Shown: positions 31,579 to 43,016, numbered from the stretch's first letter. The stretch: DNA of 64,000 nt from Promethearchaeota archaeon (GCA_019058295.1 JAHPZI010000030.1:1-64000), one strand, 5' to 3'. Notes: generated by a model not told the origin, from the letters alone. A program made the numbers and translations.

Positions 31579-31962
31579 ATGGTTAATATATCGACAAAAA
31601 AGAAGAAGAAAAAAGCAGAGCCAGAGTTTAATATTAAAGAAAGATTCCGAAATGTAAAAATTCTGGTAGAAACAAATAGACCAAAGGAAGCAATTGCTTA
31701 TATTTACTTGGCATATTGTGCTGTTATGAATCACAAATTTAAGAAACCTCGCTTGCCTCACCAAACAATTCGTGAATATGCAATTACTGCTGTAAATCAA
31801 TTAGGACAATTACCTGAATCAACTTATTCATTTGTCAAACGCATTGAAGATATTATCTATGGAGGCTTAGAACCTACAAAAGCTGAAATAAATTACACAG
31901 CACAATTATTTTCAACCTTATATAAAGAAATTACTAACAAAAATTTTTCTTTTAGCATTTAA
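31579..31962 (+). CDS. Small DUF4129-like protein
   Basis: EAIAYIY..QTIREYA..IEDIIYGG, similar to C-terminus of the preceding ORF. Confidence 0.65.
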   Translation: MVNISTKKKKKKAEPEFNIKERFRNVKILVETNRPKEAIAYIYLAYCAVMNHKFKKPRLPHQTIREYAITAVNQLGQLPESTYSFVKRIEDIIYGGLEPTKAEINYTAQLFSTLYKEITNKNFSFSI

Positions 31963-32019
31963 TTGTTTCATATTAGAATTATGATTAAATAATTTCAATA
32001 AACAAAAAAGAACATTAAG

Positions 32020-33759
32020 ATGGTTAAAGTTAAAGGTGGAAAATCTTCGGAAAAAAGTATAAATATTTCAAAGGGAATTATATATACTTTTTTTACAATA
32101 TATCTTATAATTTATGGAATTGGAATTAGTATTTTTATTGAAAATTATAATAAACCGATTCCTATTTTTTTAACTTACCTTCCTCTTTTATGTTTTATTG
32201 GCGGAGCATTTACAGGTTTTGCATTATTAAATTTTATTAAAAATGTTCATACGCATAAAATACGTGAAACTAAATCCCGGAAAAAGACAGGCCCCTCAAT
32301 CTATAAGTATACATTTCTATTACTTATATTTATCTTTTCTTTTGTCCCTTTATTGGCCCCTACAATCGATCAAGGTAAAAATGATCAAAATTTTTCAGTT
32401 TACAATGAAGATTGGAAAGGCTGTTCTGATTTTAAGAAATTATTAGAAGATGATGGATATGATGTTCGTAACATTCAATCAAGTTTAAGTACGACTGAAA
32501 GGATCAATAAATCAATAGTATTGGTTATATTAGGTTCAAATGAATTCTATAACCCTATTTATGAAATTCCCTATTTTATGGAATTTTTAGAAGATGGGAA
32601 TTCAATTTTATTATGTCATGATCATGGGTCTACAAGTACATTATTATGGGAAATTTTTTTTGCTAATATCATGAATCCAGATGTGGAAGAAATAATACCA
32701 ATTACAATATTTCCTGATGGGATTTTACGGGATCACCTATCCTACGATAAAAGACCTGATTTTCCCATTATAACAACATTTACAAATCATCCAATAACAG
32801 AAGGGATTCATAATGTTGTTCTTTCAAAAAGCAGTGTTGCTGTAGGAGGACCATTTGTTGAATATTCAGGATGGGATGTTTTGGGATATTCTAGTTATTC
32901 TAGCTATGTTGATAAAAATGACGACCAAGAATTTGATGAGGATGACGATAATATTGATCTTAGTTTTATTGCTGATGCTCTTGGTGATGATTTTCCTGAT
33001 GATTTTCCTATTGAAGAATTTCCTCTTGGAGTATACGAACAAGTGGTTTTTATGGCAAAAGAAACTGATGATGCTCGAATAGTAGTTTCAGCTGATGCAA
33101 GCTTATTTAACAACGAATTGATTAATGAAGATGGTTATGATAATCAACAACTAGCACTTAATATGATTGAATGGCTTACTCATGACGAAGATAAAGACGA
33201 TTGGATAATTGCCATTGATGAAGCTCATATAAGACCAGAAAAATCAAGAGATGTGTCATCCGCGGGAATATTTGGCTTTTACCTTCAATATATAGTTCAT
33301 CTTTCTACTAATCCAATTACTGCATGGTTTTATCCGCTTTTTGCTATATATACATTAAATAAATATTTACCTAAAAAAAATAAGAAAAAAGAAGAAGAAA
33401 AGAAAGCTAAAGAGGAAGAAAAAAAAGAAGAACAAGCAAGATTTAGAACCTCATCCTTTTTTACTAAAAAAATCGAATGGTATAGAGAAAAAGCTCGATA
33501 TGGAAATGCACTATCCCTGCTATATAGGAGATTGGAAAGAAAATTAAATGCCCAACTCGGAGGGCGTAAAATTACAACTCAAAATGTAATTAATATGGTA
33601 AAAGAAAAAGATCCAAAAATTACACGACACAAGTTAAAAAGAATAACTCGATTTATGAATAGGATTTTATTAATCAAAAAAGGAAAAAGAAAAGTTAGGA
33701 GTGAACATGAATTCGAGCAGTTATTTTTTGAGCTGGAATGGGTTTACTCCAATATTTAA
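32020..33759 (+). CDS. DUF4350-like membrane protein
   Basis: FSVYNEDWKGCSDF, IVVSADASLFNN, IDEAH; typical position upstream of MoxR. Confidence 0.7.
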   Translation: MVKVKGGKSSEKSINISKGIIYTFFTIYLIIYGIGISIFIENYNKPIPIFLTYLPLLCFIGGAFTGFALLNFIKNVHTHKIRETKSRKKTGPSIYKYTFLLLIFIFSFVPLLAPTIDQGKNDQNFSVYNEDWKGCSDFKKLLEDDGYDVRNIQSSLSTTERINKSIVLVILGSNEFYNPIYEIPYFMEFLEDGNSILLCHDHGSTSTLLWEIFFANIMNPDVEEIIPITIFPDGILRDHLSYDKRPDFPIITTFTNHPITEGIHNVVLSKSSVAVGGPFVEYSGWDVLGYSSYSSYVDKNDDQEFDEDDDNIDLSFIADALGDDFPDDFPIEEFPLGVYEQVVFMAKETDDARIVVSADASLFNNELINEDGYDNQQLALNMIEWLTHDEDKDDWIIAIDEAHIRPEKSRDVSSAGIFGFYLQYIVHLSTNPITAWFYPLFAIYTLNKYLPKKNKKKEEEKKAKEEEKKEEQARFRTSSFFTKKIEWYREKARYGNALSLLYRRLERKLNAQLGGRKITTQNVINMVKEKDPKITRHKLKRITRFMNRILLIKKGKRKVRSEHEFEQLFFELEWVYSNI

Positions 33760-33856
33760 TTCAATTAAAGTTTTAAAAAATAAATAAAAAATAATAAAAT
33801 AAAAAAATAAATATAAAAAAAAAACAAACCAATAAAAAAAAGGAAGTGTAAACTAT

Positions 33857-34834
33857 ATGGAAACTCCAGAAAAAGCTCAATATCGTGAGGAAGATTTTGA
33901 CGTAACACCAATTAGAGAAATAGCACAGGATGTATTAAGCGAAGTAAGCCGAGTTATTGTAGGTTATGGAGAAATACTTCAACATCTTTTCATCGCTTTA
34001 CTCGTGAATGGACATGTCCTTTTGGAAGGAGTGCCCGGGCTTGGTAAAACAGTTATGGCAAAGACTTTTGCAAATACGCTTGGAATAAGCTTTAGACGCA
34101 TTCAGTTCACCCCAGATTTACTCCCTGCTGATATAACTGGAACAAAAATCTTTTCACAAGAAGAAGGTACGTTTGTTCTCCAAAAGGGACCAGTCTTCGC
34201 AAACTTAATATTGGCTGATGAAATTAATCGCGCAGCTCCAAAAACACAAGCGGCACTACTTGAAGCAATGGCAGAAAAGCAAGTGACAATCGAAGGAGAA
34301 ACATTAATACTTGATATGCCTTTTATAGTAGTAGCAACGGAAAATCCTGTGGAAATGGAGGGAACGTATCCTCTACCTGAAGCTCAAATAGATCGTTTTC
34401 TATTTAAACTCTGGCTTGATTATCCAGAACAAGACGAGGAAGTTGAAATTCTCAAGAGACAAATAACCGGTGAATCTCCAGCTGTAGATCACGTTACTTC
34501 GGGAGAAGAAATTCTGGCTGCTCAAAAATTAATGAATAAAGTATATATTGACGATAGAATCTTAAAATATATCAGAGATATTGTTTTAAAAACCCGTAAT
34601 CACCCACAAATCGCGTTAGGCTGTGGACCACGAGCAAGTCTAGTTTTAATGAAAACTGCCAAAGCAAGAGCCGCCATTTTAGGTCGAAAATATGTAACAC
34701 CAGACGATGTTAGAGCGTTAGCAGTCTCCACGTTTAATCACCGAATGCTATTAAAACCAGAGGCAGAACTTGAAGGTCTCGATATTAAAACAGTTATAAA
34801 AAATATTTTAGAAGAGATTCCAATACCTATCTAA
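33857..34834 (+). CDS. moxR: MoxR-proper AAA+ ATPase
   Basis: GHVLLEGVPGLGKT, RIQFTPDLLPADITG, LADEINRA, EGTYPLPEAQIDRF. Confidence 0.95.
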   Translation: METPEKAQYREEDFDVTPIREIAQDVLSEVSRVIVGYGEILQHLFIALLVNGHVLLEGVPGLGKTVMAKTFANTLGISFRRIQFTPDLLPADITGTKIFSQEEGTFVLQKGPVFANLILADEINRAAPKTQAALLEAMAEKQVTIEGETLILDMPFIVVATENPVEMEGTYPLPEAQIDRFLFKLWLDYPEQDEEVEILKRQITGESPAVDHVTSGEEILAAQKLMNKVYIDDRILKYIRDIVLKTRNHPQIALGCGPRASLVLMKTAKARAAILGRKYVTPDDVRALAVSTFNHRMLLKPEAELEGLDIKTVIKNILEEIPIPI

Positions 34835-34927
34835 AGATTTTTTATATTTTTCTGATTAGATGGTGGATTGAATAAAATAGAAAATGTTTTTATTAAAAAA
34901 ATTTAAAAAATAATATGGTGTTGTGAA

Positions 34928-36256
34928 ATACTAGGTGGAAAGGGTAGGATATTAGTTTTATTTGCTGTCTTCTTTCTTACAGCGGGTTTTGCATTTGTTA
35001 ATTATTTTTTGATCTATTTTGCAATATTATTGTTATTCAGTACTATTATTAGCTTGCCAATTTTCCACTATCAGATGAATATCGAAGAATTGAAGGTACA
35101 TCGAGAACTTGAAAAAGAGAAAGTTTTCAAGGACGATTTCTTTCATGTTAAAGTAGTAATAGAGAATACAGGTAGAAAAAGTTTTGATTTCATTGAAATC
35201 AGAGATTATTACAATCCACAACTTTTTAGATTAATTTTGGGAGAGAATTATATTACCACGAGAATAGGTCCTAAAAATATAATAAAGTTTTCATATGTGC
35301 TTGAACCAAGGGTTAGAGGTGAATATCCTCTCGGACCATTGAGTGTGACGATTAAAGATAGATTAGGCTTTAATTCACTTGAAAGAATTGTTCCTGACAG
35401 CGTTTCAACCATTCTGGTTTATCCACCATACGAAGACATTAAAAGAATTGAAATATTAGGTTCTAAGAGATCTTTAGAATTAAGCTTTGGCGCTCAAAGA
35501 TCTAAGCAAAAAGGCATTGGTTCAGAATTTTATGGAATGCGCAAATATGTTTTTGGAGATCAATTTAGATTAATTGATTGGAAGGCAAGCGCCCGAACTC
35601 AAAAATTAATTGTTAAAGAATTTGAAACTGAAAGGGATGTTAATGTCATGATATTAGTAGATTGTTCAACCACAATGGCAGGAGGAGCGATCGACAATAC
35701 TAAATTTGAATATGCTATTAGGGCTTGCATGTTGTTAACAAAAGTAGCACTAGCTCGTAAAGATAATGTTGGTTTGTTTATTTTCTCAGATAAAAAGAAC
35801 CTTCACTTTCTAAAACCTGGTAGAGGTGAGGATCATTTTTATCAAGTATTAGACTTTGTTGCTCGAATTAAACCTCAAGGTAAATGTGACTTTATTTATG
35901 CTATAGATTATTTTATAAGGCTTTTTCATAGAAGATCCTTAATTTTTATTATTTCCGATTTAGAAGTAGAATCAAAACAAATTAGTATAGCCATTAGAAA
36001 ACTAATTCCTTTCAACCACACTGTTATTATTTTTAATCCATTCAGTCCTTGGTTTGAAATTCATGAAATTGATTTATCATCAACAGATAAAGCTCTTGCT
36101 GAAGCTATAAGTGAAGAAATGATGGAACACATCCTTAAAATTAGACATGAAGTCCGTAATTATGGTATTAATCTTGTGACGGTTGGTCCCGATGATATAA
36201 TGAAGCAAGTACTAAAAAATTATTTAGAAGCAAAGAAAAAGGGGTTTGCTTATTAA
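34928..36256 (+). CDS. DUF58 domain protein; start probably upstream of the called TTG 35009 (ATA 34928 proposed)
   Basis: EFYGMRKYVFGDQFRLIDWKASAR..VKEFE; frame open to (I/M)LGGKGRILVLF. Confidence 0.85.
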   Translation: MLGGKGRILVLFAVFFLTAGFAFVNYFLIYFAILLLFSTIISLPIFHYQMNIEELKVHRELEKEKVFKDDFFHVKVVIENTGRKSFDFIEIRDYYNPQLFRLILGENYITTRIGPKNIIKFSYVLEPRVRGEYPLGPLSVTIKDRLGFNSLERIVPDSVSTILVYPPYEDIKRIEILGSKRSLELSFGAQRSKQKGIGSEFYGMRKYVFGDQFRLIDWKASARTQKLIVKEFETERDVNVMILVDCSTTMAGGAIDNTKFEYAIRACMLLTKVALARKDNVGLFIFSDKKNLHFLKPGRGEDHFYQVLDFVARIKPQGKCDFIYAIDYFIRLFHRRSLIFIISDLEVESKQISIAIRKLIPFNHTVIIFNPFSPWFEIHEIDLSSTDKALAEAISEEMMEHILKIRHEVRNYGINLVTVGPDDIMKQVLKNYLEAKKKGFAY

Positions 36257-36258
36257 AG

Positions 36259-37719
36259 ATGTTAGCTAGAAAGTTTTTATTCATTTTAAATCTCATTAAT
36301 GCAGCAATTTTTGTCTTTATCTTAGTTATTTTTAGCTCTATCTTTAATTTTGAAAATGTAATAGAAAATCCTGATGGAGAATTTGTCTTTTTTGAAGTCA
36401 TATATTATTTAAAAAATACTCTTACTTATTCAATTTATTATTGTCTATATATCGTCGCAATCTCTATTGGTTTAGCGATAGCATTTCTATTTAGTTCTAG
36501 TCCAGATTTTAATGAGGAATTTATGTCTCAATTTATCAATGAATTTTTTAAAAATTATTTAAGTTTATGGTTTTCTTTTCCAGAAGGAAAAATTCCCGAG
36601 ATATGGGAAATTCCAGATTTAATTGTTGAAAATTTTTTAAAATTTCTTAATAATCTCTATTTATTTTCGTTTCTGATATGTTATATAATTGTGATTATAT
36701 TTTTTATTCGAGCAATATTCCAAAACAATCCGAAATATAGTCTTATTGCAATTGGTTTTTTAATATTAATGGTAGTAATACCTCTAATGGTGTTTGGTTT
36801 TAATAATATGTTGCGTGTATTCAATGTTAAATTCAAAGAATTAAAGAATTTAGTGAATCCTCTTTCAAGAAAATTTACAGAGTTGCCATTAAATAATTTC
36901 TTTGAATTTATATTTAGTCCAGTTGCCTTGCTTGCTATAATGTGCTATATTTATTTAGAAATTGCATTTCAAATTAATTATACAGATACAGTTACCAAAC
37001 CATCTTTAGAAAGAAGCGAAAGATTAGGAACACAATTACGGATCTTACGTAGAGAATCAATGCTCATAACTACTGATATAGATAAAATTAAGGAAGAAGC
37101 TAAAAAAAGAAGAGAAGAAATTGAAGCAGAACAAGAAAAAGTTGGCAAATTTCTCGGCAAAACAATTGAGAGATTTTCTTATGTAAAAGAAATGATTGAG
37201 AAGAGAAAATTAGAGCAGGAAGAGAAAAAACTCGTTAATGCAGCTTCAAAAACAAGAAGGCTTGGTAGATATTTAGAAAGGCTTCTTAAAGAAGATCCTG
37301 AAGCAGAAAATACTTTAACGGCAAAGACATCAACTCCAAAAGCCTTGAATTTAGTAACTTCCACAGTTATTAATTTCAGCTTTAGAATATTTCTTTTAAT
37401 TATTTTGAGTTTTATTATTATGCATCCTCGTTGGTTCTTTGTCCATGTCTTTAATCTGCCACCAGCAATTACTGAAAGTATGGCAATGTATTCTCCAGAG
37501 GCAATAATAATATTACTTGTACCAATTATGTTGCTCTTCCCGTTAATAGCTCAAGCTATTTCTTATGCCAAGCATAGAAATTTGATTATAAAATTAAAGC
37601 AAGAAGGTCAAATAAAGGAAATTCTTGCTTCGGTTGGCGATTATGTCAAAATTGAAGAGGAAATAGAGAAAAAAGAAGAAGTAATTGAATCGGGGGCAGT
37701 AGCAGCAGAAACAGCATAA
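36259..37719 (+). CDS. Multi-pass membrane protein with cytoplasmic coiled coil
   Basis: Hydrophobic segments flanking a charged region; last gene of the MoxR operon. Confidence 0.7.
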   Translation: MLARKFLFILNLINAAIFVFILVIFSSIFNFENVIENPDGEFVFFEVIYYLKNTLTYSIYYCLYIVAISIGLAIAFLFSSSPDFNEEFMSQFINEFFKNYLSLWFSFPEGKIPEIWEIPDLIVENFLKFLNNLYLFSFLICYIIVIIFFIRAIFQNNPKYSLIAIGFLILMVVIPLMVFGFNNMLRVFNVKFKELKNLVNPLSRKFTELPLNNFFEFIFSPVALLAIMCYIYLEIAFQINYTDTVTKPSLERSERLGTQLRILRRESMLITTDIDKIKEEAKKRREEIEAEQEKVGKFLGKTIERFSYVKEMIEKRKLEQEEKKLVNAASKTRRLGRYLERLLKEDPEAENTLTAKTSTPKALNLVTSTVINFSFRIFLLIILSFIIMHPRWFFVHVFNLPPAITESMAMYSPEAIIILLVPIMLLFPLIAQAISYAKHRNLIIKLKQEGQIKEILASVGDYVKIEEEIEKKEEVIESGAVAAETA

Positions 37720-37722
37720 TTT

Positions 37723-38670
37723 TCATTCAATATTAATCAAAAGTTGAGCTAGTTCTTTCTTTTTATTCAAATTTGTCATTAGTGTATCAAAACAAAAAGT
37801 TTTAATCCCTAATTCTTCAATTTTAGGCTTTAATTTGCAATCTTTATTATCTATAACAAAATTCCCTAAAAAATCGTGGTAAAATTGTGCAACTCCAACG
37901 CAAGAAGCTTCTAAACCGATACTTCTCATAAATTTATCAGCTGGTCCTTTAACTGTTGTGCCTTTAATTATAGGTGATATCGCATATACTTTCTTTCTTT
38001 CTTTTATTAGTGATTTTTTAATTCCTTTTACTTGAAGGATAGTCCCAATAGAAACTATAGGATTAGAAGGACAAATTATTATTTTTTTCGCATTCTTTAT
38101 ATATTCTAATACCATATCAACAGGCTTTGCATTCTTAATACCTTTAAATTTTACATTGAGAATCTCTGGTTCGCAACATTCTTTTATGAAATATTCTTCA
38201 AAATGAATTTCTCCTTTAGGAGTATCGATATATGTTTCAACATTTTCATTACACATTGGAATAATATGGGCCTTGATGTTTAATTTCTCACAAATTTTTT
38301 TAGTAATTTCAGCTTTAGTATAACCTTGTTTAAATAAATCGGTGCGATAAATATGAGTGGCTAAATCTTTATCTCCAGCATTAAACCATCCTGTATCATA
38401 ATATTTTTTGAGAATACTCAAGCAGTTAAAAGATTCATCAATAAAACCCCAGCCCTTTTCCTTATCTACTAAATTTGCTAAAGTATAGGTAATTATATCT
38501 AAATCAGGACAGATTTTAAGACCAAATAATTCAATATCATCACCAGTATTTACAATTATTTTGAGTAATTCAGGTCTTACAACATTTGCTAAGCCCTCAA
38601 TAAATTTTGCGGCACCAACACCACCCGCTAATATTAAATAGAAATCATTGTTCATATTTTCCATATTCAC
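37723..38670 (-). CDS. cofD: 2-phospho-L-lactate (F420-0) transferase
   Basis: GGVGAAKF, VNTGDD, CPDLD..YTL, PSNPIVSI, KGPADKFM. Confidence 0.95.
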   Translation of the reverse strand: MNMENMNNDFYLILAGGVGAAKFIEGLANVVRPELLKIIVNTGDDIELFGLKICPDLDIITYTLANLVDKEKGWGFIDESFNCLSILKKYYDTGWFNAGDKDLATHIYRTDLFKQGYTKAEITKKICEKLNIKAHIIPMCNENVETYIDTPKGEIHFEEYFIKECCEPEILNVKFKGIKNAKPVDMVLEYIKNAKKIIICPSNPIVSIGTILQVKGIKKSLIKERKKVYAISPIIKGTTVKGPADKFMRSIGLEASCVGVAQFYHDFLGNFVIDNKDCKLKPKIEELGIKTFCFDTLMTNLNKKKELAQLLINIE

Positions 38671-40071
38671 TCATTTTTTAAGTCTAAAAATTATATCTTC
38701 TAATTTTTTTCGTGCTGGTGCTTTTGGACTCTTAATGGGATATCCTACTGTAAAAAAAGCCATAGGAACAAAAGATTCTGGAAGGTTCAAAGTCTTTTTA
38801 ACAATTTCTTTTGTAAATAATGGGGCACAGTACCAGCATGCAGAAATGTCTCTTATGGCAAACGCGAGAAGCAAATATGTTGCAGAAGCACTAATACTTT
38901 GCACACCTAAAATAAATTCATTTTGAGTTCGCTCAGAATCGGGATACTTTTCTATTCCATCTTCATCTAAACATAAAAGAATTAAATATGGAGCCTGCAA
39001 GAAATTCTCTCTGGTTCGATTTATCTTATTTTGAATAAATTTTTCTGATTTACCATCCTTTTCCAAGTCATTTCTTAATATTTTATTCATATTATCAATT
39101 AGAATACTACGAGTATCATCCTTCTCTAATATGATATATCGCCATTGTTGGGCATTATGAGCACTTGGCGCCCATCTAGCAAGATTAATACACTCTTTTA
39201 TAATTTTTTTTTCTATTTCTTTAGAATCAAATTTAAATTTATAACTCCTTCTACTTGTTAAAATATTAGAAAATGCTGTTTTATCCCTAAATATATCTGA
39301 ATTTTTTTCTCTTAAAACGGGTGATATTGATGCTTCCTCATTTAAGTCAAAGGAATATCCTCGAATTATTATAACTGGGAGCCCTTCATTAGCCTCACCC
39401 ATTACTAATTGTGCTGCTGAGGCTAGATTATCACCTTGTCCTACGATTGTACTTTGCAACTCATGCTCAAATAAATCTTTTTCACCACGTCTATCAAGGA
39501 TTGCATTAATTCCAGAAACACCTAGAGCTACTCCTACTGCTCCCACTCTAAATGGCCTCCCAAATGAGTCTGAAATAATAATTGCCACGTCTTTATTAGT
39601 TAATTTCTTAAGAGTATATCTAATTCTCTCAGCTTCTTTATCAGCATTCTCGGGTAATAATGCTACATTGCTTTCACCCTCGATATTAGATTTGTCAATT
39701 CCTGCATTAGCACATACGAAGCCATGCTTTGTTTCCACGATTATAACATGTTCTACTTTAAGAATTTCTTTTGATTCGTCCAAAATTAATTGAATTAATT
39801 CAGGTTCTTTTATTGGTATTCCTTTATTTTTTGCTTTCTTTAAATGTTGCTCATATATTTCGAGAGCTTTATTGCTAGGAGCTATTTTCTTAAGATCAAC
39901 AATTCTTCCAAGACTTTTTGAAATTATTGTTTGAGCAATAACTAAAATATCTCCATCCTCTAAAGATAAATTATTGTCTTTAATTGATTCAAGAATAATT
40001 CTTCCAATATTATCTCCTGGTTTAATGAATGGAATCCCTTGTATTCCAATTATATTTATCATATCTTCCAA
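38671..40071 (-). CDS. cofE: F420-0:gamma-glutamyl ligase fused to nitroreductase domain (FbiB-like)
   Basis: ANAGIDKSN, ISDSFGRPFR, MGEANEG; C-terminal RRSY..WAPSAHNAQQW. Confidence 0.93.
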   Translation of the reverse strand: MEDMINIIGIQGIPFIKPGDNIGRIILESIKDNNLSLEDGDILVIAQTIISKSLGRIVDLKKIAPSNKALEIYEQHLKKAKNKGIPIKEPELIQLILDESKEILKVEHVIIVETKHGFVCANAGIDKSNIEGESNVALLPENADKEAERIRYTLKKLTNKDVAIIISDSFGRPFRVGAVGVALGVSGINAILDRRGEKDLFEHELQSTIVGQGDNLASAAQLVMGEANEGLPVIIIRGYSFDLNEEASISPVLREKNSDIFRDKTAFSNILTSRRSYKFKFDSKEIEKKIIKECINLARWAPSAHNAQQWRYIILEKDDTRSILIDNMNKILRNDLEKDGKSEKFIQNKINRTRENFLQAPYLILLCLDEDGIEKYPDSERTQNEFILGVQSISASATYLLLAFAIRDISACWYCAPLFTKEIVKKTLNLPESFVPMAFFTVGYPIKSPKAPARKKLEDIIFRLKK

Positions 40072-40241
40072 TCCTTATTTGATTGTTTCTCTACAATCAA
40101 TTTTTTGGCTAATTTCCAATATCTTTATCATTTTATTTATCTTTTTAATGTAGTTAAAGCAAAAAAATTTATTGAACCAATTATTGAATAATTAAATATT
40201 GTATATATTCTGTAATATTGAAATTCATAGGTTAGTTAATA

Positions 40242-43016
40242 ATGGTTGAATACGATCCACAGAAAATAGAAAGAAAATGGCAAGATAAATGGCAAAAGGA
40301 TAAAATATTTGAAGTTAGAGAGTCAAAGAAGGAAAAGTATTATGTTTTGGAAATGTATCCTTATCCAAGTTCTGCACTTCATATGGGCCACCTACGTAAT
40401 TACTCTATTGGCGATACATTTGCAAGGTATAAGCGGATGCGAGGATATAATGTCCTTTATCCTATGGGTTATGATTCCTTTGGATTACCTGCTGAAAATG
40501 CAGCAATAGATCATGGTGCTAATCCAGAAGAGTGGACGGATTCAAACATAGAAGCTATTAAAGAACAACAAAAAAGAATTGGGCTATCCTATGATTGGAC
40601 GAGGTTAATATATAGTCATGATACAGATTATTATAAATGGGATCAATGGCTTTTCTTAAAATTTTTAGAGAAAGGTCTTGCTTATAGAGAAGATTCCTAT
40701 GTTAATTGGTGTTCTGGTTGTAATACGGTATTAGCTAATGAACAAGTACAAGGAGGTAAATGTTGGCGCTGTAATTCTGAAGCAGAACAAAGATTTTTAA
40801 CTCAGTGGTTTTTGAAAATAAGAGATTATGCTGAAGAATTGCTAGACTTTACCGATCTTAATTGGGGAGAAAATGTGAAAACGATGCAGCGTAATTGGAT
40901 AGGGAGATCTGAAGGAGCAATTATTAAATTCCCGATCTTAGGTGAAGATAGAAGTATTGATATTTTTACTACAAGACCAGATACTCTATATGGGGTTACT
41001 TTCATGGTTTTTGCTCCCGAACATCCCTGGGTAGGTGAATGGGTAAAAGGGACTGAATACGAAAGTGAATTTGAGAAATTATATAATGAGGTTATGAAAC
41101 AGGATAGATTTGTAAGAACTGATGTTGAAATTGAAAAAAAGGGTATTTTTATCGGGAAATATTGTATAAATCCCATTACAAAGGAAGAAATTCCTGTTTA
41201 CATTGGTAATTTTGTTATATATGAGTATGGTGCAGGTGCCGTTATGGCAGTACCCGCCCATGACCAACGCGATTTTGAGTTTGCCAAAAAATATGACATT
41301 CCCATAAGAATTGTAATTCAACCATTTGATTACGAAATTAAATTAGATAAAATGGTAAGATCATATGAAAGCGACGGACTTCTTATCAATTCTGAAGAAT
41401 TTAATGGAATGGAAAACAGAACTGCTATTAATTCAATTACGGAAAAATTAGATAAAATGGGAATGGGATATGCAACAATTAATTATAAATTAAGAGATTG
41501 GTTAATTTCTCGACAACGTTATTGGGGGTGTCCTATTCCGATTATTTATTGCGATGATTGTGGAATCGTACCAGTCCCATACCAAGATTTACCCGTTGAA
41601 TTACCTAAAGATGTAGAATTCACAGGAAAGGGTAATCCCTTGGAAACTAGTGAAAGTTATATTAATACTACCTGTCCAAAATGCAATAAACCAGCTAAGC
41701 GAGAAACAGACACGATGGATACTTTTGTTGATAGTTCTTGGTATTTTTTTAAGTTCTGTGATCCACATACAGAAGTTTGGCCTTATAGAAAGGATATAGT
41801 TAATTATTGGATGAATGTCGACCAATATATAGGAGGAATTGAACATGCGGTAATGCATCTGCTTTATGCTAGGTTCTTTACTAAAGTAACTCGTGATCTT
41901 GGACTACATAAGTTTGACGAACCATTCCAAGCTCTTTTGACTCAAGGAATGATTAACAAAACTCATCCTTATTGTCCCCAATGTGATTCATTTGCTGTGG
42001 CAGCAGAAAAAAATAATAAAAAATGCAAAAGATGTGGTACCGAATATATCTTGAAAAGTGTTAAAATGAGTAAATCTCTTGGAAATACTGTTGATCCTAT
42101 TGGAATTATGAATGATTATGGAGCTGATTCTGCACGATTTTTTATATTGTTTGGAGCAAGTCCACAATCGGGCTTAGAATGGTCAGATGAAGGTGTTGGT
42201 TTTGCTTCTAAATTTATTAGAAATGCATTTTCACTCTTATCCGAACCTCCTGAGAACATTAGAAAAGAAAAAACTATTCGGGATACGCTTATCACTTATG
42301 TCTTGAATAAAACAATAAAAGAGGTTACGGAAAGTCTTGACAAGATAGCAATTAGAAATGCAGTCAATAGTATAATACAATTTACGTCAGAATTTACTAA
42401 ATATAAGTTAGAAAGTGTTAATAAAGAAATTTATGAAATGTGTGAAGAGAATTTAGCTTTATTACTTCATCCTATTGTTCCCCATGTTACTGAAGAAATT
42501 TGGGAATTGAAAGATAAAAAAGGGTATATTAGCTTAGCCTCTTGGCCGTCCTACGATGAAAAATTGCTTACCCCTGACTCCGATTTTAAATGGAAGCTTA
42601 TGAATAATATAATGGACGACATTAATAGCATTAAATTAGCAATGAAAAAAGAAATTTTAGAAGATATTTCAATCATTATAGCTGAGGATTGGAAATATAG
42701 ATTCTATTCTCTCTTAATGTCTTCAATAGAAAAAACAAAAAATCAAGGTGAAATCATGAAAATTATAATGAAAGAGAAGGAGTTAAAGATACATAGTAAA
42801 TATATTGGCCAAACCGTAGGAAAAATCTTAAAAAATATAGGAAAATACACTAAATTTACAATAACTCCTAATGAGGAATATCAATTCTTCAGCGATATAA
42901 AGCCAATTATCGAGAAAAAATATGGATGCCCAGTCAATATATATTTTGAAGGAGATTCAAAAGAAGGTAAAGCTATTCAAGCTCTGCCAGGAAGACCCGC
43001 TTTAATTATTTCATGA
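40242..43016 (+). CDS. leuS: Leucine--tRNA ligase (bacterial-type core)
   Basis: [47 protein letters not shown]. Confidence 0.97.
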   Translation: MVEYDPQKIERKWQDKWQKDKIFEVRESKKEKYYVLEMYPYPSSALHMGHLRNYSIGDTFARYKRMRGYNVLYPMGYDSFGLPAENAAIDHGANPEEWTDSNIEAIKEQQKRIGLSYDWTRLIYSHDTDYYKWDQWLFLKFLEKGLAYREDSYVNWCSGCNTVLANEQVQGGKCWRCNSEAEQRFLTQWFLKIRDYAEELLDFTDLNWGENVKTMQRNWIGRSEGAIIKFPILGEDRSIDIFTTRPDTLYGVTFMVFAPEHPWVGEWVKGTEYESEFEKLYNEVMKQDRFVRTDVEIEKKGIFIGKYCINPITKEEIPVYIGNFVIYEYGAGAVMAVPAHDQRDFEFAKKYDIPIRIVIQPFDYEIKLDKMVRSYESDGLLINSEEFNGMENRTAINSITEKLDKMGMGYATINYKLRDWLISRQRYWGCPIPIIYCDDCGIVPVPYQDLPVELPKDVEFTGKGNPLETSESYINTTCPKCNKPAKRETDTMDTFVDSSWYFFKFCDPHTEVWPYRKDIVNYWMNVDQYIGGIEHAVMHLLYARFFTKVTRDLGLHKFDEPFQALLTQGMINKTHPYCPQCDSFAVAAEKNNKKCKRCGTEYILKSVKMSKSLGNTVDPIGIMNDYGADSARFFILFGASPQSGLEWSDEGVGFASKFIRNAFSLLSEPPENIRKEKTIRDTLITYVLNKTIKEVTESLDKIAIRNAVNSIIQFTSEFTKYKLESVNKEIYEMCEENLALLLHPIVPHVTEEIWELKDKKGYISLASWPSYDEKLLTPDSDFKWKLMNNIMDDINSIKLAMKKEILEDISIIIAEDWKYRFYSLLMSSIEKTKNQGEIMKIIMKEKELKIHSKYIGQTVGKILKNIGKYTKFTITPNEEYQFFSDIKPIIEKKYGCPVNIYFEGDSKEGKAIQALPGRPALIIS

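Noticed and set aside
34883-34920. BHB-like fold upstream of the DUF58 gene
   Set aside because: The central helix has a mismatch, and excision leads to stop codons from both upstream start candidates.
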